A DNA stretch of 64,000 bases from Mobula hypostoma (lineage: Eukaryota): positions 196,542,001 through 196,606,000 of the forward strand of contig NC_086097.1 in the NCBI RefSeq assembly GCF_963921235.1, in the 5' to 3' direction. The notes under the pieces are model-generated. The model had not been told where the DNA came from, ran no database searches, and saw nothing but the letters and a program-made list of their open reading frames with translations. The position numbers and the translations under genes are program-made. Below are positions 12,175 through 25,876 of this stretch, piece after piece (the first letter of the stretch is position 1; each line of letters opens with the position of its first letter).

Positions 12175-13428
12175 CAGTAGGCAGTCTTGGTCTCTCCCTA
12201 TCCCTCATGTTTAGCTTCCTAAGTCTTGACATTTTCCAGCAATAATTTTTTAAATGGCAATTGCACTGTGTTTTACTTGAATGGTGAAGCTACAACAGTA
12301 TTTACATTTCAAAGGTATTTTATTAACTGCAAAGCACTTCAACATATTTTCAGATCACAACAGGTGTCATCTAAATATATATTTCATTTATAGGATAAAA
12401 ATATTCATAGATCATGATTTTCAGGTTTAATTTTTTAAAAGAAAAGCTTACTGAGAGGAAACTAAACTGTTTGTTTTGCTTTCTTAAAGGAAGACAATCT
12501 TCATGAAAAAATTGTCCTTCAATTTGATTAGTAAAGAGGATGCTCAGCTGTCTGTCCCATTTGCTCAGGTTTCAGATGCTCAGTGAGGGGAATCATATCA
12601 TTTCTATCTTGCACTGTTACTGTTAAGTGTTGTACAGATTTATTCGGCAGGAACAAGACTAACCAGGATTTATTTGTTTAATATGTACAGTGAGTAACAT
12701 GTAACTGAAAATCATCAACATTCTCACTGCATCTTATTCCAACCGTGTCCTGTACTTCTACTTCACCCTCCCACCCACCAAATATGTTTGGAAAAAACTT
12801 TTTGTCCCTAATCAAAACAAAATGGCATACCCATAAAGTTACTATATTTCTAAATATATATTTAAGATCTCTTTACTTTCTAAAAGAAATAAATTCAACC
12901 CTCTAACATCTAACTTGAATTCTGAAGATTTTACTTAATTCCTCCTCAACTACCAAAGTCTCAAAATAGCTCGGCCATTAGTTATAAAAGCTCTACCAGT
13001 GAGAACCAGATTTCAAAAAGACTGCTAAGGTTAATTCAGCTCAGTCCTTCATCTTGTCTAATCTAAATATTATAACATAAAAGCCACATTCAAAATGAAA
13101 ATCAAACTCAAATATCTGGCATGATATAGTGAAGCACCAATATTATGTGAAGGGGGGAGTGGAGAGTGGTGGAGGGGTTTGGTGTAATGGTGGGAATATT
13201 CCTCACAGAACTTAAAAACCATAATAACCAGAACAGAATCTTGGCAGAATCTTCATGAATTTTAAAACAAGTGAATATTGACTGAGTATGGTATCGTTGT
13301 TTTGTGGACCATTACCAAAATACAAAAGACAGAATGTTCAGATGGAGAAATGTTTGACTGATAATTTTTGTTTTAGCAATTATCTATAAAATAAAGTAAT
13401 CTTTGTTTTACTGACGATTGCACTGTCA

Positions 13429-13725
<297 letters not shown>

Positions 13726-14379
13726 TTAGCAAATGAAATCAAAGGCTTAATTTCAGATAATTATTGAGTAATATACATGATTCACTAAAATATGCTGCTC
13801 TAAAAATTATTCTGCAGCTCAGAAGCTTTTGGAAGATAATGACAGGACTCTCTTGCTATTGATGATGAGTGGTAGATTGTGTGGGAGACAACCCACCACT
13901 GCAAGCTTTCATCATCCAGTTACACAAGTCAGTAAGCTAAAAAGTACAAGAACTGCACCGCTTTGCTATACTGTTGGGATATTTAATTCAATTTGCAAAT
14001 GATGCCAGCCAAATTATTCAGGTTCATCAAATTCTTTGCTAATACTGATTTGCAGATCAATACATATCTAAATATTTCCCAAGAATTAGCAAAATGGCGT
14101 GTTGGGATTATTGTCTGACAGGAGGTCCTAGTATACAAACACTGGGTGGACTAACTAAAACTGAAATCTCTGAGCTTAAATTCAATGAATTCTGGTAGAT
14201 GGTATTCCGAACCTGACCTTGCTTTAAATATGAAAAACAATGATCAAAAGCAAGAACCAAACTCAAGAAAGATGCTGAAAGCCTGAAACGTGATGTGACA
14301 GGAAGGATAGGCCACAGAAACAAACTGAGTCAAAAAAATTCCTTAGAATTTCCCTAATGGTCACAGGTACTGGCTTGGA

Positions 14380-14810
14380 ACACGGACTGTTCTATGTTGT
14401 CAACAAAAAGGCAGGCATAGCTGGGGCCCATGCAGGAGACCACGGATACCCCTCGAGCATGGAGAAAGTAGAAGTCAAAGGAGAAATTGTTGCATGTGGG
14501 GATCAGTTCTGCCAGACAGAGGAGGGCAGTAATGGAGGGAACCTAGTTGTGTTTTCTGTTGAGAAAGAAGCGGAGAGCTTTAGGGCATTCTTGAAGGGGG
14601 ATAGAAGTGTATAGGAACTGAAAATTCACAGTGAAACTGAGGCAGTCAGGGCCAGGGTATTAAATGTTAGTGAGGAGATTAAGAGCTTGAGAAGTCCTGT
14701 GGACATAGGTGGGAAGGGACTTAACCAAGGGGGAAATAATGGAGTCAAGGTATGTTCATTGGGGTAGGCAGGCTGAGATAATGGGCCTACCCGGATAATT
14801 GGGTGTGAGA
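14380..14810 (-). mobile_element. Penelope-like RT fragment
   Basis: Minus strand encodes MGPSYACLFV, as in the RT at 59021-59890. Confidence 0.7.
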
Positions 14811-14819
14811 GTCTCCTTG

Positions 14820-15055
14820 AGCAAACGTTATCATCACAGTATCATCACAGCGCTAAGCAGTATTGCACCCATATTGTACTGTCTCAGTACTTTTAATTTT
14901 GTGTGCTGTAGCACTTACTTTTTATTCGCAGTTATTTTGTAAATAACATTATTCTTTGCATTTCTGGTTAGATGCTAACTGCATTTCATTGGCTTTGTAT
15001 CTGTACTCAGCACAATGACAATAAAGTTGAGTTTAATCTAATCTAATTTAATCTT
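14820..15055 (+). mobile_element. Rex1-type LINE 3' UTR with (AATCT)n tail
   Basis: Reverse-complement match to 55420-55620. Confidence 0.7.
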
Positions 15056-15721
15056 TCAAGAAAATGATTCAACATAATGCAAACCCAAGATCTGTTTCTC
15101 AGCATATTTACCAGAAAGTTATTCATCAGAGTGTCCCTAGAAATGACACTACACAGGTCCTCTCCAGATTACAAATACCCAACTCGGGAGACCAGTGGGG
15201 TGGATTTGTCTGCTGCCAGTCTGCGAGCATCTTCTGCCACTGTATTTCTGACTTGCGCACTGTCTGGGTTACGAACAGATCACAGGAATGAAACTCTATC
15301 AAAACCTGGGGAGTATCTGTACAGTTAAAGTGGCATTTGTCCTATTTCTGTGGAATTCCTATTCTGATCCTAAGAAATTTTCATTAAACGACTTGTGATA
15401 ATTCTCACTGATCCTGTGAAAAACCTATTGATTTCACCTGAATCAGCTTCTTAATGACACAGGTGAGATTAATAATTTACCAGTATTGGTCATTGTGAGG
15501 TATCACCCTTGTACCACAACGTAGCAACCATTCCATACCTGTGTCTCCAGGAGTAGTTGTATAGGTGACTACTGAGTGAGCAATTGAAGTAATAGTGGTT
15601 TCAAATGAAACATGATTGTCACTGGAAAAAAGCACTACCCGTCTGCATCAACACTTAAGTAACACTTTGGCAGTGTCACTTTTACCAGATACTGCATTTC
15701 AGAAGACAGAGCTATACAAAC

Positions 15722-15928
15722 CATCAGTTGTACAGGATCCCTCTGGAACATGTTTCTGAATGTAGGAAATAGGTGGGCTGTTTGACTCTGACAGTTCCTC
15801 TTCTTCCTCCTCCTCCTCATTATCCAATCCATTGCTGACTTGTATAGCTGGGAATCCAGAAGAGCTACTCTGTGTATAACGATGGACTTCAATTTCTTTA
15901 TCAAGGTCCTCTATCTTTGGTTTGACAT
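15722..15928 (-). CDS. greb1l: GREB1-like protein, coding exon 2 (207 nt)
   Basis: Manual translation [70 protein letters not shown]; acceptor gaaatag|, donor G|gtttgt; phase 1 to phase 1. This frame is missing from the ORF track. Confidence 0.93.
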
Positions 15929-16480
15929 CTATTTCAAAAACAAACTTCAGGTTTTACTTTAAGGCAGCTCACATTTGTATTGCTGATACCCCAGAAGGTC
16001 ATGTAAAGACAAACACAATAAAGAACCAAATGTTACAGGGAAATTGGGTATTTGGGTATTTAATGTTCTGGCCCTGCTGCATTTCATGCCAGTGACTGAT
16101 TTGTTCTCTACTGTGTCCAAGCTGGCAGCCAGCTGGCAAACATGCACTGGAGGACATAGGCGTGGGGCAGATAGAGCAACTGACAGGGATTGCAGTGGCC
16201 TTGAAGATAAAGAGAATTTACATCGTCGATCAGTGATGAATTCACATCAAATCAGATTAAGGAGAAGTGGCAGATATATTCCAGCTGTTCATGGCCCATA
16301 ACTTACGTAAAAATAACACCCCAGTGCTGGATCTCGTCTTTCTCAGTTTCCTTAAGAAGCAATTCCTAAACAAACTAAGCCCACAATAATCAAAGTTAAA
16401 ACTGTTAAAATGTTAAAAATTAAACAACACTGCCAAACTAATATTTAAATTGCCAGTCCATTTCTCAAAAAGAGGTTATA

Positions 16481-17450
16481 CACTCAGTAGCCACTTTATC
16501 CAGTACAAGTGTGGAACACGGTGTGGCTTTCTGCTGCTGTAGCCCATCCACTTCAAGGTTCAATGTGTTGTGCATTCAAGACATTGAACCTTGACTGCAC
16601 ACCACTGTTGTAATACATAGAACATAGAACATAGAACAGTGCAGCACAGTACAGGCCCTTCAGCCCACAATGTTGTGCCGACTCTCAAACCCGGCCTCCC
16701 ATATAAGCCCCCACTTTAAATTCCTCCATATACCTGTCTAGTAGTCTCTTAAACTTCACTAGTGTATCTACCTCCACCACTGACTCAGGCAGTGCATTCC
16801 ACACACCAACCACTCTCTGAGTAAAAAAAAACCTTCCTCTAATATCCCCCTTGAACTTCCCACCCCTTACCTTAAAGCCATGTCCTCTTGTATTGAGCAG
16901 TGGTGCCCTGGGGAAGAGGCGCTGGCTATCCACTCCATCTATTCCTCTTATTATCTTGTACACCTCTATCATGTCCCCTCTCATCCTCCTTCTCTCCAAA
17001 GAGTAAAGCCCTAGCTCCCTTAATCTCTGGTCATAATGCATATTCTCTAAACCAGGCAGCATCCTGGTAAATCTCCTCTGTACAGTTATTTGAGTTACTA
17101 TGCCCTTCCTTGAATCAGGCTGGCTGTTATCCTCTGACCTCTGTCACTAACAAGGAATTTTCACTGGATGTTTCTTTGTTTTTCACATGAAAACTCTAAA
17201 GACGGTTTTGCGTGAAAATTCCAAGAGTTCAGCAGTTTCTGAGATACCCACCCACCCCATCTGGTAGCAACAATCATTCCACGATCAAAGTCACTTAGAT
17301 CACATTTCTTCCCCATTCTGATGTTTGGTCTAAACATCAAATGTACCTCTTGACCATGTCTGCAAGCTTTAATGCATTGAACTGCTGGCACATGATTGGC
17401 TGATTAGATATTTGCATTAATAAGCAGGGGTACCTAATAAATTAGACAGT
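16481..17450 (-). mobile_element. Tc1-derived non-autonomous element interrupted by CR1
   Basis: TA-cactcagtagccactttat terminus; MGKKCDLSDFDRGMIV paired-like HTH start on the minus strand. Confidence 0.75.
16616..17083 (-). mobile_element. 5'-truncated CR1 LINE
   Basis: MLPGLENMHYDQRLRELGLYSLERRR ORF; (CATAGAA)n tail; same subfamily as 4918-6072. Confidence 0.93.
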
Positions 17451-18484
17451 ACATTTGTATGGACTGTACCCATACAATCCAATCTCCTTTAAACTCCGAA
17501 GTGAAAATGTTTGTGGCTTCAGGTTGGGTTTCTTACAATTCAGAATTGTCATGCCACAGCTAGGTGATCAGTAGGGTTTAATTCTGCATTCCCTCCTCCA
17601 CTCCTCCCCACCAACTTAAAATCTGCCCTGGTATCTAAGACCTCAAATGTTTGCAGGCCTCATACACGGAGATAAATTATGCAAAGCAATATCAACAGCA
17701 CTAAGCACATTTGATATTGCTGCATGTGGCCTGGACAAAGTTTCTGTAAATGAGCAAACTGTGGGCTAAATACACAATTACTTAATACATCTTTCCTTTT
17801 GAAAGAATTCAATCACGTAGCACAGAAGATTGTGAAAAAACTGGACTGAGTGATAGTTCTATAATTTTAAACCAGACTTGTGTATGGATTTACAATGAGT
17901 AATCTTAGTAGATGTTTAACCCTACATCTTATAATATAACAAAATCTGATTGTTCCTGGGTCTCATCATCACCAAGTATTCATGACTGAACTAGTGGGAA
18001 CATTATTAGGAAAATCTTATAGATCCTCAGAAATCAGAAATAGGATTTATATTTTGATTAAAATGTCCATCTTCTCAGATGCGAGCAGAAAAGTTTTAAG
18101 GTCAGCTCAAAGTTTTAAGTGAGTTAAGTTTACAGAGCACTCTGTAAGAGGAGCCAGGAGAGCAAGTAGGTTGAGGAAGTGAGCGAGGTAGATGGCACTC
18201 TGCAAATGCAAGCAGCATTCTTTGTAGTGGAATGGATACTTGAAATTCTTTGTGGAGGAAAACCAGTAACTTAGATTTCCAAAGCTGAGATATTGGCATC
18301 CACTAACCGACTTTAATATTCCAAGAAGACTGACAGGTCTCAACAAAGGTACACCTTAATGATTCAGAGGCAACAACTTATGAAGTGACCCATGGGTGAA
18401 CACCCTACTTTGAATACCATTCATACAAGACATTAGATAGTTTTTGTCAAGAATGAATATTTTATTCACAATGGCACCAGGACG

Positions 18485-20727
18485 TTGTAGCGGGCGACGG
18501 AGTAGAGGGAGACAGAGTAGGAAGGCTTCAGCGAGCAGAGGCTGAGGAAGATCTTCACTCCAAGTGAGGTAAGGCTGGGTAAGTTCCTTTAATAAATCTA
18601 ATTACCTTAAGAGTAGGTAATGGAGGCAGCAGTTAGGGCAGACGAGTGCTCCATTTGCAGTATGTGGGAAGTAAGGGTGGGCACAATCATCCCTGATGAC
18701 TACACCTGTGAAAGATGCATCCAGCTGCAGCTCCTGACAAATCGAGTTAGGGAACTGGAGCTGGAGCTGGATGAACTTCGGATCATTCATGAGGCAGAGG
18801 CAGAAACAGACAGGAGTTACAGAGAGATAGTCACCCCTAAGAGTCAGGAGATAGGTAGCTGGGTGACTGTCAGAAGAGGTAAGGGGAATAGTCAGAACGA
18901 GCAGAGCACCCCTGTGTCCGTTCCCACCAAGTACATCATTTCGGATGCCGTTGATGGGGACGACCTACCAGGGACAAGTTGCAGTGGTTGCATCTCTGGC
19001 ACCGAGATGGGACCCTCAGCTCAGAAGGGAAGGAGGGAAAAGAGGAGAGCAGTTGTGATAGGGGATTGGATAGTTAGGGGGACAGATAAGAGGTTCTGTG
19101 GAAGAGATCGAGAATCCCGGATGGTCTGTTGCCTCCCTGGTGCCAAGGAATATAAAAGTGTATAAGTCTCCAGGTCCTGACAGAATATTCCCTAGGACCT
19201 TGAAGGAAATTAGTGTAGAAATAGCAGGGGCTCTGACAGAAATATTTCAGATGTCATTAGAAACGGGGATGGTGCCGGAGGATTGGTGTATTGCTCATGC
19301 TGTTCCATTGTTTAAAAAGGGTCCTAAGAGTAAAGCTAGCAATTATGGGCCTGTGAGCTTGACGTCAGTTGTGGGTAAATTGATGGAAAGTATTCTTAGA
19401 GATGGTATATATAATTCTCTGGATAGACAGGGTCTGATTAGAAACAGTCAACATGGATTTGTGCGTGGAAGGTCATGTTTGACAAATCTTACTGAATTTT
19501 TTTGAAGAGGTTACTAGGTATGTTGACGATGGTAAAGCACTGGATGTTGTCTATATGGATTTCAGTAAGGCCTTTGACAAGGTCCCACATGGAAGGTTGG
19601 TTCAATCGTTAGGTATTAATATTGAAGTAGTAAAATGGATTCAACAGTGGCTGGATGGGAGACACCAGAGAGTAGTGGTAGATAACTGTTTGTCAGAATG
19701 GAGGCCGGTGACTGGTGGTGTGCCTCAGGGATCTGTACTGGGTCCAATGTTGTTTGTCATAAACATTAATGATCTGGATGATGGGCTGGTAAATTGGATT
19801 AGTAAGTATGCAGATGATACTAAGATAGGTGGCGTTGTGGATAATGAAGTCGGTTTTCAAAGCTTGCAGAGAGATTTAGGTCAGTTAGAAGAGTGGGCTG
19901 AAAGATGGCAGATGGAGTTTAAGGCTGATAATTGTGAGGTGCTACATTTTGGTAGGACTAATCAAAATAGGACATACATGGTAAGTGGTAGGGCATTGAA
20001 GAATGCAGTAAAACAGAGGGATCGTAGAATAATGGTGCATAGCTCCCTGAAGGTCGAATCTCATGTGGGTCAGGTGGTGAAGAAAGCTTTTGGTATGCTG
20101 GCCTTTATAAATCAGAGCATTGAGTATAGGAGTTGGGATGTAATGTTAAAATTGTACAAGGCACTGGTGAGGCCAAATTTGGAGTATTGTGTACAGTTCT
20201 GATCACCAAATTATAGGAAAGATGTCAACAAAATAGAGAGAGTACAGAGAAAATTTACTAGAATGTTACCTGGATTTCAGCACCTAAGTTACTGAGAACG
20301 GTTGAACAAGTTAGGTCTTTATTCTTTGGAGTGTAGAAGGTTGAGGGGGGACTTAATAGAGGTATTTAAAATTATGAGGGGGATTGATAGAGTTGACATG
20401 GATAGGCGTTTTCCATTGAGAGTAGGGGAGATTCAAACAAGACAACATGAGTTGAGAGTTAGGAGGCAAAAGTTTAGGGGTAACATGAGGGGCAACTTCT
20501 TTACTCAGAGAGTGGTAGCTGTGTAGAACGAGCTTCCAGCAGAAGTGGTAGAGACAGGTTCGATATTTCATTTAAAGTAAAATTGGGTAGCTGTATGGAC
20601 AGGAAATGAATGGACGGTTATGGGCTGAGTGCAGGTCGGTGGGACTAGGTGAGAGTAAGAGTTCGGCACGGACTAGAAGGGCCGAGATGGCCTGTTTCCG
20701 TACTGTAATTGTTGTATGGTTATATGA
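18485..20727 (+). mobile_element. CR1 LINE with ORF1 and an internal deletion
   Basis: ORF1 18620-19148 (CxxC zinc finger, LELELDEL zipper, start of esterase VVIGD.IVRG...CCLPGA) fused directly to ORF2 KSPGPD...YADDTK; stops in RT; tatggttatatg tail. Confidence 0.92.
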
Positions 20728-20789
20728 AGCATTTTAGAATATGTCTGTTGTCAGGTTAATTTGTTGGATGCAAAACTATTTTGTACTCA

Positions 20790-21110
20790 TGGCATAGTGG
20801 CGTGGCACACATGCTCCTGGTGCACAGCTGCAGCAGTCTGGGTTCGAGCCTAACCTTAGGTGCTGTCTGTGTGGAGTTTGCACATTCCCTCCATAGCTGA
20901 TGAGCTTCCCTGGGGCTCTAACGCTTCCTTCCTCTAACACATCCCAAAACAGCACTGGATGGCTACTGTATGTAACTCCTAGGTGGATGCCAGGCAAAGC
21001 AGGGGAGAAGTCAGATGACCATAGGTGACAGGGGAATGAGTAGAAAAATAGGTTTCAGGAGATGTTTTTGGAGTCAGCATTAACTCAGTGAGGCAGAGGG
21101 CCTCCTTCTA
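20790..21110 (+). mobile_element. tRNA-derived V-SINE (HE1-like)
   Basis: B-box gggttcgagcc followed by the V-domain gctgtctgtgtggagtttgcacatt. Confidence 0.65.
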
Positions 21111-23074
21111 CATTATATCAAAATATCAAGGGGGAAAACACGAACAATTAGTGCCAGCCTCTAGCACTAACTTGGTATTTGTTTGAACAACTCAATTTGA
21201 ATAGTGGTTAATTACATTAATCAAAAAGTAAAATACTCTTGTGTTCCAACCAGGGCTCCATTATCAACTGAGAATTAATTTGTGGAACACCTTCAACCAC
21301 CCCAACCCCTCGCATCTTTCTTGTCAGTTCACAAATACTTCATGTTTTGGAAATTTAGAAAAGAATACAGGAAAGTACAACACAAAAAAAACTTATTGGT
21401 TCATATTCAAGTACAAAATCAGCACATACTTCAATATCCGTCCCTATCATCGATTTTCTCACAAACTCCCTATTGGAGTTACTGATAACATCACTTTCAA
21501 GTGTCTCCCTAGGCAATCCATTCCAAGCAATTATCACCCACAGTGTAAAATGGAACTTTGCTCTCCATTCATCTTCACCATTCTTGGCTTCTTTCCATGG
21601 TTGCCAGGGATTTTCAGACCACGGTAAATAATTTCTCACAGTTATAACTATTAATAGCCTTAAGGATTCCTGCAGATGCTCATTTCTAAATAAACATTAC
21701 TTCCCTTGAAGTTAAATTTATAAAACTTTACATTACAAAACCTAAACTGGTGACTGGAGTTGTACTCATACCCTATGGGGACAAAATATCACAAATTGTG
21801 CATTATTTTCTATTGTGATCTGACCTACCTTGCTCATTGCAACTGTGTAAATATCTTCATTGGTCTTTCACTAACAAGCCCTAAGCATTTTTCACTGTGG
21901 TAAATCTAGTAGATTTTAGTTCATTTTACCAACATTTCATACGAAGTCAGAAGTATGGATTTTGCCACTTTCATAATTTAGGTGCCCTAAATTTGTGCCC
22001 TATCACCTACTTGATGGACCAGATTGTGCCCAATCCCACCTACTCCTAGCAAGTCACTCTCAGCATTATTCCTGCAGAAATATTTCTCAATCCCGGTAAG
22101 TAGAGCCATTCATAAATTACCTCTGAGCTTCACGCAGCAGGGACTCACTGGTGTCATTGTCCAGTGAGCTGCTCTTGAATGTCTCCAATGAGCAGAAACA
22201 ATTACAAACTACTCAGAAGAATTTAAATAATACAAAAATAGTTTAAAATGTTAGATAATAAATAGTTAAATGAATTAAAAGATTTAGTGAAATAAAGAAA
22301 AACACTAAATTCACTTAACTGAAGTTAACTTTTCAAACCTGGTTGCAAATTATTTGAAAGGCTGGTGCAATGACATCTCATGTCTAGCTCATTTCTGACT
22401 AGATGCAGTGTAGATGTGCTGTATAGGGGAGCTCATCGGTTAGTCTCTATAATTCTGGGCATTAATGGAGCTGTCTGAACCACTGCAGTTGCAGGCCCTG
22501 AACAAGAGATGGCAATGCTGAGTACAACTGCAATATGGCGCAGTGGGGAAACAGCTGAATAACACTGGAGAACACTCATTGGGGTCGCAATGGCCAATTA
22601 GCCTCTGTCTGTTTAACATGAAGCAAGTCAAATATGCCATCTGCACCCTCCTTGTTATTATGACTGCCAGCATTAACTCTACTGTTTGCTGCCTCTGTGC
22701 ATATCCATTGGATCAAACTTTATGATTGACGAGCATCAACTGAGGCTTTGGCCTAGCTAAGTGATGCACGACTATTCAGAAGGAGACATGCTCATTACAT
22801 GACAACATTAGAAAAAATACAACCAACAATGACAAATCCCTTTTGAAGCTCACAAAAGCATTATCCTTCTACAATTTCACATCTTGCTTCCAACAAACTT
22901 ACTGTTGGAATGAAGCTGATCTGCAAGGCTAATGGCAAACAGTTCATCCTGTACTCTCTACATTCCAGAATGCAGATCACCCCAACTTCAGTTGTCTAGC
23001 TGTGGTATTCAGACAACAGTCATTATGAACACTTTTAGACCGTGAGCTCCAAGTCATCACTGGTTCACTTATTG

Positions 23075-23260
23075 AAGGAAGTCAGCAGATCAGGCATCTA
23101 TGGAGAGGAATAAAGAGTCAATGTTTCGGGCCAAGACCCTTCATCCGGACTGGAAAGGAAAGGGCTAGAAGCCAGAATAAGAAGGAGGGGAAGAGGAAAG
23201 ACTACAAGTTTATTCTAGCTTTTTGCATGTGCTACTCCAGCATCTGCAGAATCCCTGGTT
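23075..23260 (-). mobile_element. Penelope pLTR fragment with a short inverted tip
   Basis: gagtcaatgtttcgggccaagacccttcatccggact degenerate hammerhead; ccagcatctgcagaatc in the opposite orientation. Confidence 0.65.
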
Positions 23261-23574
23261 TTTCATTTATTGAAGTTGTCAGGAAACAGATACACATAGT
23301 CATGAAAGAGAGCAAATTAATTAAATGAAAGACTGAATTTCTTCAAACTACTCTGTATACATTTTTAGCTACCACTGACTATATATATGTCTTTGGATGA
23401 TCTGATCTTTCATCCAAGCCAGGTCCTATATGAGATACTTGAAGCTCCAGTCCACGTACACTCCCAGGCAACAGCAGGTTGAGTGCTGTCATAACAACAA
23501 CCCCAGTCCTGAAATTTCCCTTCCTGAGATCCAAAACCAGTTCCTTGGTTTTGCTGATATTGTGTGCAAGGTTG

Positions 23575-24460
23575 TGTTAGAGGATATATCTTGAGCCCAG
23601 CATATAGAAGTAACCATAAAGAAGGCATGCCAGCATCTCTACACCCTTAGAAGTTTAAGGAGATTCAGCATGTCATTGGCGCCTCAGACAAATCTTTTCA
23701 GATGCACCGTGGAAAGCATTCGGACTAATTGTATCACAACCTGGTATGGAATCTCCAATACACAAGAACACAAGAGACTATGGTGAGTGATGGACTCAGC
23801 CAGTTCCATATTGGGTACAGCTCTCCCCACCACTGATGACATCTTCAAGAGGCAATGTGTGAAGAAGATGACATACATTATTAAGAATTCCCACAATATG
23901 GGGCATGCTATTTTCTCGTTGCTGCCATTGGAGAGGACATACATGAGCCTGAAGGGCCACACCAAGTTCTATAACAGCTTTTTCCCACTGTATTAAGGTT
24001 CTTGAATGGATCTCAAAAACCTGACATGCCCTCACAATAAATTTCTTTTCTCTCTCCCTTAACTTGCACCAATGTTGTTATGTTTCTTTTATTGCACAAG
24101 TTATACATAGTTTATTGAAATAGTCCTGACTGTACAGCAGTAGGCATCCAAGTTTCAGCATTCCAGTTCTTCAGAGAATGGTCAGCTGCCACTGCGCCCT
24201 TAAGACTCAGACTGCCAATTATAGCCTGCCTCATTCCTTCATGGAAAGTCTGTACGCAAAGGCTTCGTGCTGAGCACTCAGTGCTCAATCATAGGAATTC
24301 CATTTCCAGTACTATTGTTTGTGATTTTGCCTTTGGATTCTCTCATTACAGCTCTCTTGTTACATTTTATGTTTTGTCATGTTTGTAATGTGCTGTCCTG
24401 CTGTGGCAAAAAGTTAACTTTCATGGTAATTATGCCCAAGACAATCTTGGAGTTTAACTA
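23575..24460 (+). mobile_element. Degenerate Rex1/Babar LINE 3' part
   Basis: KKA.QHLY.LRSLRRF..., MMDSASSILGTALPTTDDIFKRQC remnants. Confidence 0.65.
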
Positions 24461-24829
24461 ACAGTGTTAGCTGAAATGATTTAAAGGTAGCTAACTATAG
24501 CTTCTAACATCCATTAATTGTGCCCATGATCTGGAAATTTGAGTCACAGAAGTGGCAAATCACAAACATGCTTGTTATCAGCCTGTCATAGGCTGGGAAC
24601 AGACCCAAGTGCAAGACACAGACACTGAAGTACTAGGGACAGGACTAGGATACAGGGTGAGAGTAAGGACATGGACATGAAAATTGGGAACCCGGAACAG
24701 GACTGGACAAGAGAGCTAAGAGCCCGGGCTTGGACTCAGAGCCAGAGACTGGACAAGGATCCAGTACCCGGGTCTTGCCTCTGGCTCCGACCCCAGAACT
24801 AGGCAAGGATGAGGCTTGGCTGGCAGGCA

Positions 24830-25720
24830 AGACGAGGCTGGAGTCTTAGAGACTTGAGGCGAGGTTTGGCGGGAGGCAGGAGACTAGAGGCGAGGCTTGG
24901 CAGGAGGCAGGAGACTTGAGTCTTCAGGCTTGAGGCTAGAGGCCAGAGACTTGAGGCGAGGCTTGGCAGGAGGCAGGAGACTTGAGTCTTCAGGCTTGAG
25001 GCTAGAGGCCAGAGACTTGAGGCGAGGCTTGGCAGGAGTCTTCAGGCTTGAGGCTAGAGGCCAGAGACCTGAGGCAAGGCTTGGCAAGAGGTTGGAGTCT
25101 TCAGGCTTGAGGGTAGGCAGGAGGCTGGAGTCTTCAGGCTTCAGGCTAGGAAGGAGGCTGGAGTCTTCAGGCTTGAGGATTGGCAGGAGGCTAGAGTCTT
25201 CAGGCTTGAGGCTAGAGACCAAAGGTGAGGCTTGGCAGGAGGCAGAAGGCTAGAGGCTTGGCTGGAGGCCCGAGGCTAGAGGCTCCTCCTGGGCAGGGTG
25301 CGGTACTCCTGGGCAGGGCACGGATCACCACCTGACAGAGGCAAGGGACAGGAAGGGACAGAACCAACCGTGGGTAACAGCAATACGGCCTGGCTTACCC
25401 GACAGAGGCAAGGGACAGGAAGGGACAGAACCAACCCCAGGTAACGGCAAGATGGCCTGGCTTACCCAACGGAGGCAGGGGACAGGAAGGGACAGAACCA
25501 ACCGTGGGTAACAGCAATATGGCCTGGCTTACCTGGGCGGAGGCAAGGGACAGGAAGGGAGCTAGTTACAGGGTGGCTCCAGGACAAGACTACAGGCAAG
25601 ACGAGGCGAGAGTTACCAGCAAGACAAGGCACGGCTTCAGGCAATGCAAGGCGAGATGAGAACTTCAGGTGAGGCAAGAGTTACCGGCAAGACAAGGCAG
25701 GGCTTCAGGCGAGGAAACAG
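24830..25720. repeat. Tandem repeat arrays inside the LTR
   Basis: About 33-nt and 63-nt ggagtcttcaggcttgaggcta-type units (24830-25280), about 67-nt ggacaggaagggacagaaccaacc units (25335-25560), and a further pair at 25590-25720. Confidence 0.9.
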
Positions 25721-25876
25721 AAAGCAGAAGAAGGGATACAAAGAGTAAGGACAAGAACAATCCAGCAGCCACACCCTGGTCTCTGAAGGTATTTATGCAG
25801 CCAGCCCCAACGAGCATCAGCTGCCTCAATTAGAGCTCAACAAGAACAGAAACAGGGTAGACAGGAAAACCTGGAG

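Noticed and set aside
15635..15904. 89-aa ORF with an [10 protein letters not shown]-like run
   Set aside because: Wrong frame of greb1l exon 2; the true frame encodes poly-Glu.
21355..21639. 94-aa minus-strand ORF
   Set aside because: Contains an eroded CR1 C-terminal remnant (IIAWNGLPRE); not a host exon.
24884..25253. Repeat proteins or a CRISPR-like array
   Set aside because: Tandem units inside an LTR with no unique spacers; eukaryotic context, and the open frames follow from unit length.
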